Position numbers and translations under genes: made by a program
Virus record (IMG/VR): IMGVR_UViG_3300032011_003203
Coordinates: 1-64,000 of that record
DNA length: 64,000 bases
DNA from: a virus
Direction: 5' to 3' (one strand)
Shown here: piece by piece, positions 28,797 through 38,338 of the stretch
Position numbering within the stretch: the first letter of the stretch is position 1
Layout: the number at the start of each line of letters is the position of its first letter
Notes under the pieces: generated by a model
The model's database searches: none
Told to the model about the DNA's origin: nothing
The model's input: the letters and a program-made list of their open reading frames with translations, nothing else

Positions 28797-29576
28797 ATGA
28801 AAAAAATACAAATAGAATATTATATAACACTTAATTGTAATTTAGATTGTATTGCGTGTTCTTCATTTTCACCATTGGTAAAAAAGAAAACACCACATAT
28901 AGATTTTGAATATATTAAAAAAGATTTTAAAAAATTATATAAAGTAACAGAAGATGGAGAGAGAATATCAGTATTAGTTTTGATGGGTGGAGAACCATTA
29001 TTGCATCCAAACATAAATCAGATTATTCAATACTTTAGTGAGTTGGGAGTTTCATTGAGAATAGTTACAAACGGAATATTAATACCAGCAATGGATGATG
29101 AGTTCTTTAAGTTGGTTCGTAAATATTCAGTAGAAGTGATTGTATCTATTTATAAAGTATTAAAATATGAAAAGGTATTTACAACATTAGATAGTAACAA
29201 TATACCTTATAGATTATATGACCAAAAAGGAACTTTTGGACATAAGTATCTACATAATGAAAAGAGAACTCATATAATGGATTGTTGGTATAGAGATAAT
29301 GTTCATATATTAAAAGATAATAAAATATATACTTGTTCAGAAACTGCATTCTTTAATATATTTGATGCAAAATTTAAAGGATTACATAAGTTAAAAATAA
29401 CTAACGATGATTATATAGATTTGGATGATGTAGAAACTTTTGAAGAGTTGATGAAGTTAAGAAGTACATCTGTGCCACCACTATGTTACAATTGTGATGG
29501 TAGTGAAAAAAGCAAAACAGAATGGGTTCGTTCAGATGGTTCAATAGAAGAATGGTTAAATATAAAAAGTACTTGA
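28797..29576 (+). CDS. Radical SAM protein
   Basis: CNLDCIAC, MGGEPLLHP, VTNG, C-terminal Cys (twitch/SPASM-like). Confidence 0.88.
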   Translation: MKKIQIEYYITLNCNLDCIACSSFSPLVKKKTPHIDFEYIKKDFKKLYKVTEDGERISVLVLMGGEPLLHPNINQIIQYFSELGVSLRIVTNGILIPAMDDEFFKLVRKYSVEVIVSIYKVLKYEKVFTTLDSNNIPYRLYDQKGTFGHKYLHNEKRTHIMDCWYRDNVHILKDNKIYTCSETAFFNIFDAKFKGLHKLKITNDDYIDLDDVETFEELMKLRSTSVPPLCYNCDGSEKSKTEWVRSDGSIEEWLNIKST

Positions 29577-29602
29577 CATTAATAGTAAAAAAGTCGTATA
29601 TT
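29573..29602 (+). promoter_or_regulatory. Early sigma70-type promoter
   Basis: TTGACA-N18-TATATT. Confidence 0.75.
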
Positions 29603-29636
29603 CAAACAATAAACTTAACAGAGGCATAGAAATAAA

Positions 29637-30233
29637 ATGAATTTTAATAATATAGCTCGATATTTATATACGAGTGTGAAAGATGATTCATATGAATCAA
29701 TTATGGAAAACATAAGAACATATTTTGGAATTGCGTTTATGGCAATCGTTATCTTTAATGGTTTCGTATGGACAAAGATTTTTGACAATTACAAGAGTTT
29801 TCACCAAGAAACATTGGTGAATTTGACGGACGAAAATAAGAAACTAAAAGAGTTAGTTTCTGAACATAACCTTGAGGGGATGAATGTGACAGTAACGATG
29901 TATCATCCAGTTTCGCAGCAAACAGACTCCACACCGAACATTCTCGCGGATGGAACGCGAATTAGGATACACAAAGCTAGTGAGTATCGATACATAGCGG
30001 TTAGTAGGAATCTTTTAAAGCGATATGGTGGATGGTTGAATTACGGAGATTTCATTTTACTTAAAGGTACGGATGGCAAAGATGGTATGTACCAAGTAAG
30101 AGATACAATGAACCCAAGATTTGTAAATAGAATAGACATATTGGAATCACCAGGTACTAAACCATATAAGTTTGATGTAGCACAAATTTCTCGTTTGCCA
30201 GAAGAAAGTCTTGTAACATATAATAATAATTAA
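29637..30233 (+). CDS. Membrane-anchored 3D-domain (MltA-like) peptidoglycan hydrolase
   Basis: TM, then VTVTMY..QTDSTP..ADG, IAVSR, YQVRDTM, RIDI. Confidence 0.8.
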   Translation: MNFNNIARYLYTSVKDDSYESIMENIRTYFGIAFMAIVIFNGFVWTKIFDNYKSFHQETLVNLTDENKKLKELVSEHNLEGMNVTVTMYHPVSQQTDSTPNILADGTRIRIHKASEYRYIAVSRNLLKRYGGWLNYGDFILLKGTDGKDGMYQVRDTMNPRFVNRIDILESPGTKPYKFDVAQISRLPEESLVTYNNN

Positions 30234-30254
30234 AAAATAACAAATAGAGTATAG

Positions 30255-31874
30255 ATGAAAAAATGGTTTTATGAGAGAAGTAAATTCTCTGAGTTTAAAT
30301 CGAATACGACTTATCATAAGTTGTTAAAGATGTCAGTAGAAGAGTTTAATGATTGGGCACGATTACTTAGACAAGAAGTTACTACTCAATGGGATGAATA
30401 CGGAACACCACCCGTAATCGGTAAAGATGAAGATGGTATCATTAAGAAATTCAAAAAACTAAAAGACAATCCTTGTGATTATTTAATTGAAGATAATACT
30501 GGTGATGATGAATCACTTGGTATAATTAAGAACTTCAATAAAGATGCGAGTAGTGTTAATCAGTTCTTTCCAACAATGTTAAAAACAAAAATCAGTATTG
30601 GTGCATCAGCCGATAATGGTTTATCTATCTATGACCACTTTGGTGACCCAGAGTTAGAAGATAAGTTTGTTCACATTATGCGTAGAGCAGTAAAGAAAGA
30701 TTCTATGTATAGTTGGAGTAGAAGTATCGTAACTAAGAAAGATGAGAATCCTTTTTGGAATGGTGAGACTGGTAAAGAATTTATTAAGAATGTTTATGAT
30801 GGTAAAGTTTCTATTGGTAAATATTCAGATACAAGATTTGTACTTGCAAGAGTAAAGAAAAGTACAGTCGGTAATTATGGTACTATGAATGAAGAGTTTA
30901 AAGGACACGGAAATGTTTATTTAACTGCAGAGGAAGTACAAGATTGTAAGGATAGTGGTTATTTAAATGATACACAATTAAGTAACATACCAGATATAGT
31001 TTCATCTGAAACAAGTAAGACTGGTAAAGTAACTGAGTTCTTATATCTAATTAGACACTATGATAAAACTATTGGAATCTTTCCAAAGATATTACAAGTG
31101 TTTAGATTAGCGTGTGGACAACCTGCAGTAAACTTTCCACCACTAACAGCAAAACTTTTGTATGAAAAATTTACAGACCATATAGATAATCAAGAACAAA
31201 CATTTCATATCTATGACCCATCAAGTGGTTGGGGTGGTAGAATTTTAGGAGCAATGAGTTCTCGTAAGAATATACACTATGTTGGTACAGACCCTAATCC
31301 AGATAATTTAGGTAGATATCAAGCAGTTGCTGATTTCTATAATAATAATTGTGTTGATGATTTCTCTGAAAACTTTAATAAGTTTTTTGATGTAGAAAAA
31401 CAATCAAACACATATGAAGTATTTAGTGATGGTAGTGAATTAATATCTAACAATCCAGCATTTCAAAAATATAAAGGTAAGTTGGATGTAGTATTTACAT
31501 CACCACCATATTTTAATCGTGAACAATATTCTCAAGATGAGAACCAGTCGTTCAAGGCCTATGGTGAGTATCAAGACTGGAGAGATAACTTCTTAGAACC
31601 CACATTACGAACCGCTTACGAGTATCTAAAGAATGATAGATATATCCTTTGGAACATCGCAAGTATCAAAATAGGTGCAAATACTTATTATGATTTAGAG
31701 GGTGATAGTAGAAAAATCTTAGAAGAACTTGGGTGTGAATATAAAGGTAAATTAAAAATGTTAATGACAAGAATGATTGGGTTAGACCCATCTAAGACTG
31801 GAATTTTAAATTCAGTACAACACGATAATAATGTGTATAAGTTTGAACCAATATTTGTGTACTATAAAAGATGA
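30255..31874 (+). CDS. SAM-dependent DNA amino-methyltransferase-like protein
   Basis: Motif I YDPSSGWGGR, GTDPN, motif IV FTSPPYF..E.Y. Confidence 0.8.
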   Translation: MKKWFYERSKFSEFKSNTTYHKLLKMSVEEFNDWARLLRQEVTTQWDEYGTPPVIGKDEDGIIKKFKKLKDNPCDYLIEDNTGDDESLGIIKNFNKDASSVNQFFPTMLKTKISIGASADNGLSIYDHFGDPELEDKFVHIMRRAVKKDSMYSWSRSIVTKKDENPFWNGETGKEFIKNVYDGKVSIGKYSDTRFVLARVKKSTVGNYGTMNEEFKGHGNVYLTAEEVQDCKDSGYLNDTQLSNIPDIVSSETSKTGKVTEFLYLIRHYDKTIGIFPKILQVFRLACGQPAVNFPPLTAKLLYEKFTDHIDNQEQTFHIYDPSSGWGGRILGAMSSRKNIHYVGTDPNPDNLGRYQAVADFYNNNCVDDFSENFNKFFDVEKQSNTYEVFSDGSELISNNPAFQKYKGKLDVVFTSPPYFNREQYSQDENQSFKAYGEYQDWRDNFLEPTLRTAYEYLKNDRYILWNIASIKIGANTYYDLEGDSRKILEELGCEYKGKLKMLMTRMIGLDPSKTGILNSVQHDNNVYKFEPIFVYYKR

Positions 31875-32557
31875 TAGTAATTAAAGCAAACTCACCAACA
31901 GATGCTTGGATAAAATCACACGAGTATCTTTTAGAAAATGGTAACAAAGATGTGATGAATGAAAGTATTAATATGTCGGTAGAGATAGAAGATAACTTTG
32001 ATACAGAACCTAAGTTCGATGGATTGTTTAGAGAAATCTTTGGTGATGATAGAATAGATTATGCAAGTTCAGTTACATTTGTTAAACCAACAGAACATCC
32101 TTTTATGGATGAATTACAATTCCAACAAAATGATACTAAAGTAAAGTGGAACAAAACTTATTGGGGTAGAATGATTAATTGGGATAATAGTTTCAATCAA
32201 ATAGAACAAGTTATAAAAAGATTAAAAGAACATAAGAATAGTAAAACAATTGCAATGAGTATCTACGACCCGAAATCAGATGGTAGAAAAACAATGAGTG
32301 GAATGCCTTGTTTATTATCAATAGATTTAAAACCAAGAAAAGATGGATTGTATTTAACAGCATTCTTTCGTAGTATGAGAATTAGTAAGAGTGGTTATGC
32401 TGATTGGGTTGCGTTGTGTGAGATGGCAAAGTTCTTATGTGAACAAGCAGATTTAAAATTAAAAAGAGTTACAACAATTGGTGGTTCAGTTCATCTTGGT
32501 GATATGAATAACGAAAAGAAAAATGTCAAGGAGTTACTTAGTGTGTGGAATAGTTAG
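31871..32557 (+). CDS. Divergent thymidylate synthase/dCMP hydroxymethylase-family protein
   Basis: YWGR...NQIEQVI..L, catalytic MPC, FRS motif with Asp at the N177-equivalent position, SVHL. Confidence 0.8.
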   Translation: MIVIKANSPTDAWIKSHEYLLENGNKDVMNESINMSVEIEDNFDTEPKFDGLFREIFGDDRIDYASSVTFVKPTEHPFMDELQFQQNDTKVKWNKTYWGRMINWDNSFNQIEQVIKRLKEHKNSKTIAMSIYDPKSDGRKTMSGMPCLLSIDLKPRKDGLYLTAFFRSMRISKSGYADWVALCEMAKFLCEQADLKLKRVTTIGGSVHLGDMNNEKKNVKELLSVWNS

Positions 32558-34046
32558 TACGGTCAATCATAGTGATGAAGTTGTACACGATATGTTACTT
32601 CAAATTGAACACAGAGGTAGGGATAATCGAGAGATTTTTGAGAGTGGTAATGTTCACCTGGGCCACAATAGATTAAGTATAAATGATGTGAGTGAAGCAG
32701 GAAATCAGCCATTTGTTTGGAATGATTATGCACTTGTAGTTAATGGTGAGATATGGAACTATCCACAATTAAGAAAAGAATATGAAGAACGAGGTTATAC
32801 ATTTTTTAGTAATAGTGATTCAGAAATAATTTTATATCTATACAAAGAAAATGAATTAAAAAGATTAGAGGGTATGTTTAGTTTTGTATTGCATGATACC
32901 TTAACTAATGAGTTAGTTGTATCGAGAGATTGGGTTGGTAAGATTCCATTATACATTTATAACAATGATACAAATATTTTAATTGCATCTGAAATGAAAT
33001 CAATATTAAAAATATTACCACAAGCAGAATGTAAGTTTGTTCCAAAAAATTCAGTAGTTAGAATAAATACAATTACTGGTTCAGTACATATTGATAAAGA
33101 TTACTATTTTACTTGGACACCATTTGAGGATAAAGAGTTTGACCAAGATGAGGTTAACAAAAAAACTTATGAGTTGTTAGATACTGCAGTAGAGAAAAGA
33201 TTATTAAGTGATGTTAAGGTTGCAACTTGTTTAAGTGGTGGTATTGATTCAAGTGTAATTACTTATTTGTTAAGTAAGAAAGTACCTGATATCGTATCTT
33301 ATACAGTCAAGTTCGATGAGGATTCAAGAGATTTAATGTTTGCAAGAATGGTTGCAGAACATATCAATGTACCATTGGTTGAGGTTGAGATACCAAGAGA
33401 CCCAGAAGAATTAAAAAGAAAATTTTTAGAAACAATAAAGGTTATAGAATATCCATCAACAGTCCAAATGGAAGTTGGTATTCTACAAAGTTATGTTGCC
33501 GAGAAAATGGCAGAGGATGGTGTTAAGGTTGCGTTTAGTGGTGAGGGTTCTGATGAATCGTATGGTTCATATGGTACATTCAGAATGTTCAGTAAGAAAC
33601 CAGATTGGAGTGATGTACGAAAGAAATTATTTGAGAAACAATACTATGGTAATTTACTTCGTGGGAATAATATCTTTATGAATTATGGAACAATAGAATT
33701 AAGATGTCCATTCTTTGATTTAGATTTTTTAGATTACACTACTAACCTTACACAACCAGTATTAGATAATAGTGGAAACCAATGGAAGAAACCACTTGCT
33801 GAAGCATTTCGTGGACACTTACCAGATGAGGTATGTGACCAAGAGAAACGAGCATTTCAAAAAGGAACAAACTTCAAAGAGTATATAGAAGATGTAATTC
33901 TAAATGATACAGATATAAATTTTAAAAATAGAAAAAAACTATTTCATTGTATCGGAGATAACTTTGAAAGAATATTTGGTTTCAAACATAAAGGTATGAG
34001 AGATACTTTATCTGGCACTGAAAATGGATTTGGGAAATGGATATAA
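32541..34046 (+). CDS. Asparagine synthetase B-like glutamine amidotransferase
   Basis: GTG start after AAGGAG gives Ntn MCGI; HRGRD, GHNRLSI, QP, NGEIWN, SDSE, LSGGIDSS, SGEGSDE, R.PF. Confidence 0.9.
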   Translation: MCGIVSTVNHSDEVVHDMLLQIEHRGRDNREIFESGNVHLGHNRLSINDVSEAGNQPFVWNDYALVVNGEIWNYPQLRKEYEERGYTFFSNSDSEIILYLYKENELKRLEGMFSFVLHDTLTNELVVSRDWVGKIPLYIYNNDTNILIASEMKSILKILPQAECKFVPKNSVVRINTITGSVHIDKDYYFTWTPFEDKEFDQDEVNKKTYELLDTAVEKRLLSDVKVATCLSGGIDSSVITYLLSKKVPDIVSYTVKFDEDSRDLMFARMVAEHINVPLVEVEIPRDPEELKRKFLETIKVIEYPSTVQMEVGILQSYVAEKMAEDGVKVAFSGEGSDESYGSYGTFRMFSKKPDWSDVRKKLFEKQYYGNLLRGNNIFMNYGTIELRCPFFDLDFLDYTTNLTQPVLDNSGNQWKKPLAEAFRGHLPDEVCDQEKRAFQKGTNFKEYIEDVILNDTDINFKNRKKLFHCIGDNFERIFGFKHKGMRDTLSGTENGFGKWI

Positions 34047-34882
34047 TACAAACACCAATAGAAACTTATACATTAAATGGTATCGATGTTGATGTCAAGA
34101 GAGATGATTTAGTTGGTGATGGAGTTAACTTTCCACGATGGGCAAAGATAGAGGGTATAAGAAAAATATTAGAGAGTGATGATATTGATAAATCAAAACC
34201 ACTAACTCACTTATCAGTTTATGGAAGTTGGACTGGATGGACATTAAGTAAGTTGTGTAAAGAGTATGGTATAGAATTTATTTCTGCTTATCCAGATACA
34301 CAAAAGTTTCCACAAGTATTGTTAGAACGAGTAGAGGGTAATGGTGGTAAGTTACATCCGATGAGACCTAATATGATGGCGTTTATGCAAAACAAATTAA
34401 ACACACAAGCAAAAGAAAATGGTTGGCAACAATTACCATACGCATTCAATCATCCCGCATACATTAGTTATATGGGGGCAAGAATGAGAGAAGTTTTAAA
34501 AGATAGGGAATATGATAACCTTGTTGTTAGTATTGGTAGTGGTGTTACTGCAAGTGGATTAATAAAAGAATTTTTAGAGTACGGAGATGATTGGTGGAAG
34601 TTAAATAACGAATCAAGAAAAGTTTATTCTATTACGATGAGTGCATTCTCATCAACAAAAAAGATTTTAAATGAGAATCACGCTGGTGATTTGAAAAATA
34701 TAATACTCGAAAAATCACCATATGCATTTGATGATATGATGGATGATTATAAAGTACCATTTGATTGTAATGAATTTTGGGACAAGAAACAATGGTATTG
34801 GTTAGAGGATAATATACAGAAACTTAAAGGGAAAACTTTATTTTGGAACATTGGTGGTTCTTATTTAAATTCAATAAAATAA
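34037..34882 (+). CDS. PLP-dependent fold-type II enzyme (ACC deaminase/D-cysteine desulfhydrase-like)
   Basis: TPI, VKRDD, WAK (PLP Lys), VSIGSGVTASG, LFWNIGG. Confidence 0.75.
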   Translation: MDIIQTPIETYTLNGIDVDVKRDDLVGDGVNFPRWAKIEGIRKILESDDIDKSKPLTHLSVYGSWTGWTLSKLCKEYGIEFISAYPDTQKFPQVLLERVEGNGGKLHPMRPNMMAFMQNKLNTQAKENGWQQLPYAFNHPAYISYMGARMREVLKDREYDNLVVSIGSGVTASGLIKEFLEYGDDWWKLNNESRKVYSITMSAFSSTKKILNENHAGDLKNIILEKSPYAFDDMMDDYKVPFDCNEFWDKKQWYWLEDNIQKLKGKTLFWNIGGSYLNSIK

Positions 34883-34891
34883 AAAAAACAC

Positions 34892-34921
34892 TTGACTTGT
34901 ATAGGCAAAAAGCCTTATATT
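34892..34921 (+). promoter_or_regulatory. Early sigma70-type promoter
   Basis: TTGACT-tgtataggcaaaaagcct-TATATT. Confidence 0.8.
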
Positions 34922-34954
34922 ATGGTCATATTAAATTGGAGATTTAGAAACAAT

Positions 34955-35728
34955 ATGAAAAGTTTATCAGCAGAAAAAATACAAGAGAACTATAAAACTC
35001 TTCGAAATATTATTACGATGACTTTCTCTGGTGAGAGACTAGAGAAATTAAATAAGATGTATGATTATTTTGAAGATAGAATGATGTTAGCACCAGCAAG
35101 TGCAAAAGAACATTATCACAATGCTATGGTGGGTGGATATGTAGAGCATGTTTTACACATTGTAGATTTTTCACAATCAGTAAAAAAGTTGTGGGAAGAA
35201 AAGGGAGCAGACATTAACTTCACGGATGAAGAATTAATCTTTGCTGCATTACATCACGATTTAGGTAAGGTAGGTAATTTAGAACACGATTACTATATAC
35301 CAAATGAATCAGATTGGCATCGTAAGAATCAAGGTAAGATTTATACACATAATCCAGAGTTACCTTATATGACAGTAACAGATAGAGCATTTTATTTATT
35401 ACAACACTTCCAAATACCTTTAACAGAAAATGAATATATGGGATTGATGTTAACAGATGGAATGTATGAAGATGCAAATAAAAAATATTTAATGACCTTC
35501 TTACCAGAGACTGGATTGAGAAGTCATATATCACGAATACTACACCAAGCAGATATGATGGCAACATTTATCGAATCGGATGAGTGGAAGCGTGGAGATA
35601 AAAAAGAGACTAAACGAGTTCTTAAATCAGTAGGTAATATCAAAGATGCCGTTAAGTCAGAAGTAGAAACTAAACTCACGGGTGAATCACCAAAAGATTT
35701 ATTTAATGAGTTATTTGGAGATAAGTAA
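34955..35728 (+). CDS. HD-domain phosphohydrolase
   Basis: APAS..HYH.A..GG..EH, HHDLGK, HQAD. Confidence 0.85.
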   Translation: MKSLSAEKIQENYKTLRNIITMTFSGERLEKLNKMYDYFEDRMMLAPASAKEHYHNAMVGGYVEHVLHIVDFSQSVKKLWEEKGADINFTDEELIFAALHHDLGKVGNLEHDYYIPNESDWHRKNQGKIYTHNPELPYMTVTDRAFYLLQHFQIPLTENEYMGLMLTDGMYEDANKKYLMTFLPETGLRSHISRILHQADMMATFIESDEWKRGDKKETKRVLKSVGNIKDAVKSEVETKLTGESPKDLFNELFGDK

Positions 35729-35988
35729 TGATATTAGAAATATTTGCAGTAGTATGTTTTATATTAAGTTTTACACTTGCGTGGACTTCATATAATCAAA
35801 TACAAAAAGTAGAAAGATTAGAAGAGTGGGTTGAGAACTTCTCAGCTCAAATCATTCTAACACAACGAACACTTGATGAATTAGATTCAGAGGGTAAGTT
35901 CAAATCCGATGATGAAATCGGAACAGTCTTTACAGCAATTAAAGACACTGTCAATGATTTAAACAAAATAACAGAAGAGGATATATAA
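35728..35988 (+). CDS. Membrane-anchored hypothetical protein
   Basis: N-terminal TM; F.SDDE.G..F motif. Confidence 0.6.
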   Translation: MILEIFAVVCFILSFTLAWTSYNQIQKVERLEEWVENFSAQIILTQRTLDELDSEGKFKSDDEIGTVFTAIKDTVNDLNKITEEDI

Positions 35989-36710
35989 TGCCAAGAAAAG
36001 CAAAAAAGGGTTCACCACGATATTACTTTCATCAAGGAACTGAAGATGCAATCATTCGCTTGAATAAAGAAACTCGTGCTCATATGAAAGAACGAATTTA
36101 TAATGAACATATTCGTACACCATTTGAGAAACTTGCTGAGAATATAATTCATACATTTAAGTTTTATTACTTTGATGTTCCAAGTGAGGATGTTAAACAC
36201 GAAGTGGTTTCATTCTTATATATGAATATTCACAAATTTGCTGAGGGTAAGGGAAAGGCATTTAGTTATTTCAGTATTGTTGCTAAGAACTATTTGATTC
36301 TACACAACAACAATAATTACAAGAAGATGAAACAACACGATAGTGAGGATGTGATGGATTATAAAAGAGACCCAGTCACAGAACTTCGTGGTAAAGAATC
36401 TCGTAGTATGAAGATGGAGTACATCGAACAACTTGCTGATTATTGGAGAAATAATTTAACTACAGTCTTTAAACGAAAGAAAGATTTGGATGTTGCTAAT
36501 TCGGTAGTAGAGTTAATTGATATGAGACATAATATCGATAACTTTAATAAGAAAGCATTATACATTCTTATTCGTGAAATGACTGGTTCTAATACACAAC
36601 ACATAACTCGTGTAATTAATGTGATGAAGAAACATCATAACAATTTACACAAGGCATATTTAACTACTGGCTCGGTTGATACTAAACGAACTGGTAGTTG
36701 GTTTGAGTGA
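35988..36710 (+). CDS. Late-transcription sigma factor (T4 gp55-like)
   Basis: YYF..., LAENI, KF...KGKAFSYFSIVAKNY region-2-like motif. Confidence 0.72.
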   Translation: MPRKAKKGSPRYYFHQGTEDAIIRLNKETRAHMKERIYNEHIRTPFEKLAENIIHTFKFYYFDVPSEDVKHEVVSFLYMNIHKFAEGKGKAFSYFSIVAKNYLILHNNNNYKKMKQHDSEDVMDYKRDPVTELRGKESRSMKMEYIEQLADYWRNNLTTVFKRKKDLDVANSVVELIDMRHNIDNFNKKALYILIREMTGSNTQHITRVINVMKKHHNNLHKAYLTTGSVDTKRTGSWFE

Positions 36711-37525
36711 AGTTATATCAACAAGATTGGAATTATCGGAAAAACAATACCGATAAATATCCAGAGTTAAAAGCTATTACATCATATCCAAATTCTTTTT
36801 GGTTAACAAGGAATCCTAAGAAACCAAAACTTGGTAGAAAGTTAACTCATAGTATTCGAAGATTGTGTAGAAGAGCACATCCAGCTCAACCAGTTATAGT
36901 TTTATATGCTATACCTGGTAGAGATATGGGTGGACATTCAAAGGGTGGTTTAACAGAAAAACAATATCTAAAATATGTTGGTGATATTGCTTTAGGTATT
37001 GGAAATTTTAAACCAATAATTATTTTTGAACCAGATGCAATTCCACATATGAGAAAGATGAATTTCTTTCAACGAACTAATCGTACAAGGTTGATTAAAA
37101 AAGCTTTAGGTTTATTATCAAATACCAATGCACAAGTATATCTTGATATTGGACATCCAAATTGGTTAAAGAAAACAGATGCTGCAACTTATCTTAATTT
37201 ATTTAACAAAGGTGATATAAAGGGTTTTTCTATTAATGTGAGTAATTTCGTAACAACAGATAAGTGTTTACGATATGGTGATAAAATATCTGAAGAAACA
37301 AATTTAAATTATGTTATAGATACATCAAGAAATGGTAACGAGGTTTGGGAAACATTCAATCCACAAGATATGAAACTTGGTGAAGAACCTACTATCAGAA
37401 CTAATTCAAGAAAGTGTGATGCTTATCTTTGGATTAAAACACCAGGTGAAAGTGATGGTGCTGTAAATGGTTGGCCTAAAGCTGGTAGATTTAATGCTAA
37501 AAAAACCTTATCTCTTATAAATTAA
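36707..37525 (+). CDS. Glycoside hydrolase family 6
   Basis: LYAIPGRD, FEPD, YLDIGH..W, GFSINVSNF, VIDTSRNG, DAYLWIKTPGESDG. Confidence 0.88.
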   Translation: MKLYQQDWNYRKNNTDKYPELKAITSYPNSFWLTRNPKKPKLGRKLTHSIRRLCRRAHPAQPVIVLYAIPGRDMGGHSKGGLTEKQYLKYVGDIALGIGNFKPIIIFEPDAIPHMRKMNFFQRTNRTRLIKKALGLLSNTNAQVYLDIGHPNWLKKTDAATYLNLFNKGDIKGFSINVSNFVTTDKCLRYGDKISEETNLNYVIDTSRNGNEVWETFNPQDMKLGEEPTIRTNSRKCDAYLWIKTPGESDGAVNGWPKAGRFNAKKTLSLIN

Positions 37526-37557
37526 AAAGGGGGAACTCGGATAAGCTCCCCCTTTAT
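37525..37557. terminator. Bidirectional intrinsic terminator
   Basis: AAAAGGGGGA...TCCCCCTTTT between convergent genes. Confidence 0.8.
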
Positions 37558-37576
37558 TTAGTCATCCGATATAGTA

Positions 37577-37798
37577 CTACTTACGGAATAAACCCACCAA
37601 CACCAATAATGCGACTAATCCAGCGAAACCAGATTCGCCGAAATTATTAATAATTGCTGTTAGGTTACCAATAACATTAACGCCGAAGATACCGCTTCCG
37701 AATATAATTTCAGAAACCGCACCAATGGCTACCAGCGATAACATCAGTTGAGCTAAGTCATCTGCGTATCCTTTTACGAGTGTTATGATTTCCTTCAT
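37577..37798 (-). CDS. Small multi-TM membrane protein
   Basis: Only credible minus-strand gene; GGGAG RBS; ...GFAGLVALLVLVGLFRK. Confidence 0.75.
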   Translation of the reverse strand: MKEIITLVKGYADDLAQLMLSLVAIGAVSEIIFGSGIFGVNVIGNLTAIINNFGESGFAGLVALLVLVGLFRK

Positions 37799-37957
37799 AT
37801 GGTTATATCTCCCGTTAGTTAATCAATTTAGTCGGAGTTTTATTTACCGACAAATAATAACTATTGTATATATTAGGAAAAATTGATTCATATATATTTA
37901 TATACACCAATTTTTTAAGAATTTGATATTTATTATTGTAACAATATAGGTAAAATT

Positions 37958-38338
37958 ATGGCGATAGATTTCGAAGTTTTCGAGGGTAAAACCTTATCAG
38001 ATGTATTTAAGGACATTTATGATAACTCAAACAAGAACAAGACTCAGTTAGAAGTACTGATGAAAGAGGTGGTTGGGTTTATCAAGGATGGCGATACGGC
38101 CGTACAAATAATTCCTATGTTGAAAGAGTATTTAGAAATCAATGTAAAGAATGATGAACAACTTGTTAAGTTGGCAACCATTGTACAGAGAATGGCAACT
38201 GCTGGTAATAAGGGTGATGATGATGATAACTTTATGTTGAGTGATAGAGAAAAAGAACAATTAATGAATAACATTCAAAGCACGGTCGAAGAACTTCAAG
38301 ACCATTCGGATAACATAACTGCAAAATTAGATAGCTAA
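37958..38338 (+). CDS. Conserved phage protein
   Basis: After TATTTAT motifs; P.LKEYLEI.VKNDEQLVKLATIVQR. Confidence 0.65.
   Translation: MAIDFEVFEGKTLSDVFKDIYDNSNKNKTQLEVLMKEVVGFIKDGDTAVQIIPMLKEYLEINVKNDEQLVKLATIVQRMATAGNKGDDDDNFMLSDREKEQLMNNIQSTVEELQDHSDNITAKLDS

Noticed and set aside
34955-35728. HD protein as DatZ of a 2-aminoadenine (Z) genome, or as part of the modification operon
   Set aside because: No PurZ/MazZ in the window, and it has its own promoter; a dNTP-sanitising role remains possible but is unsupported.
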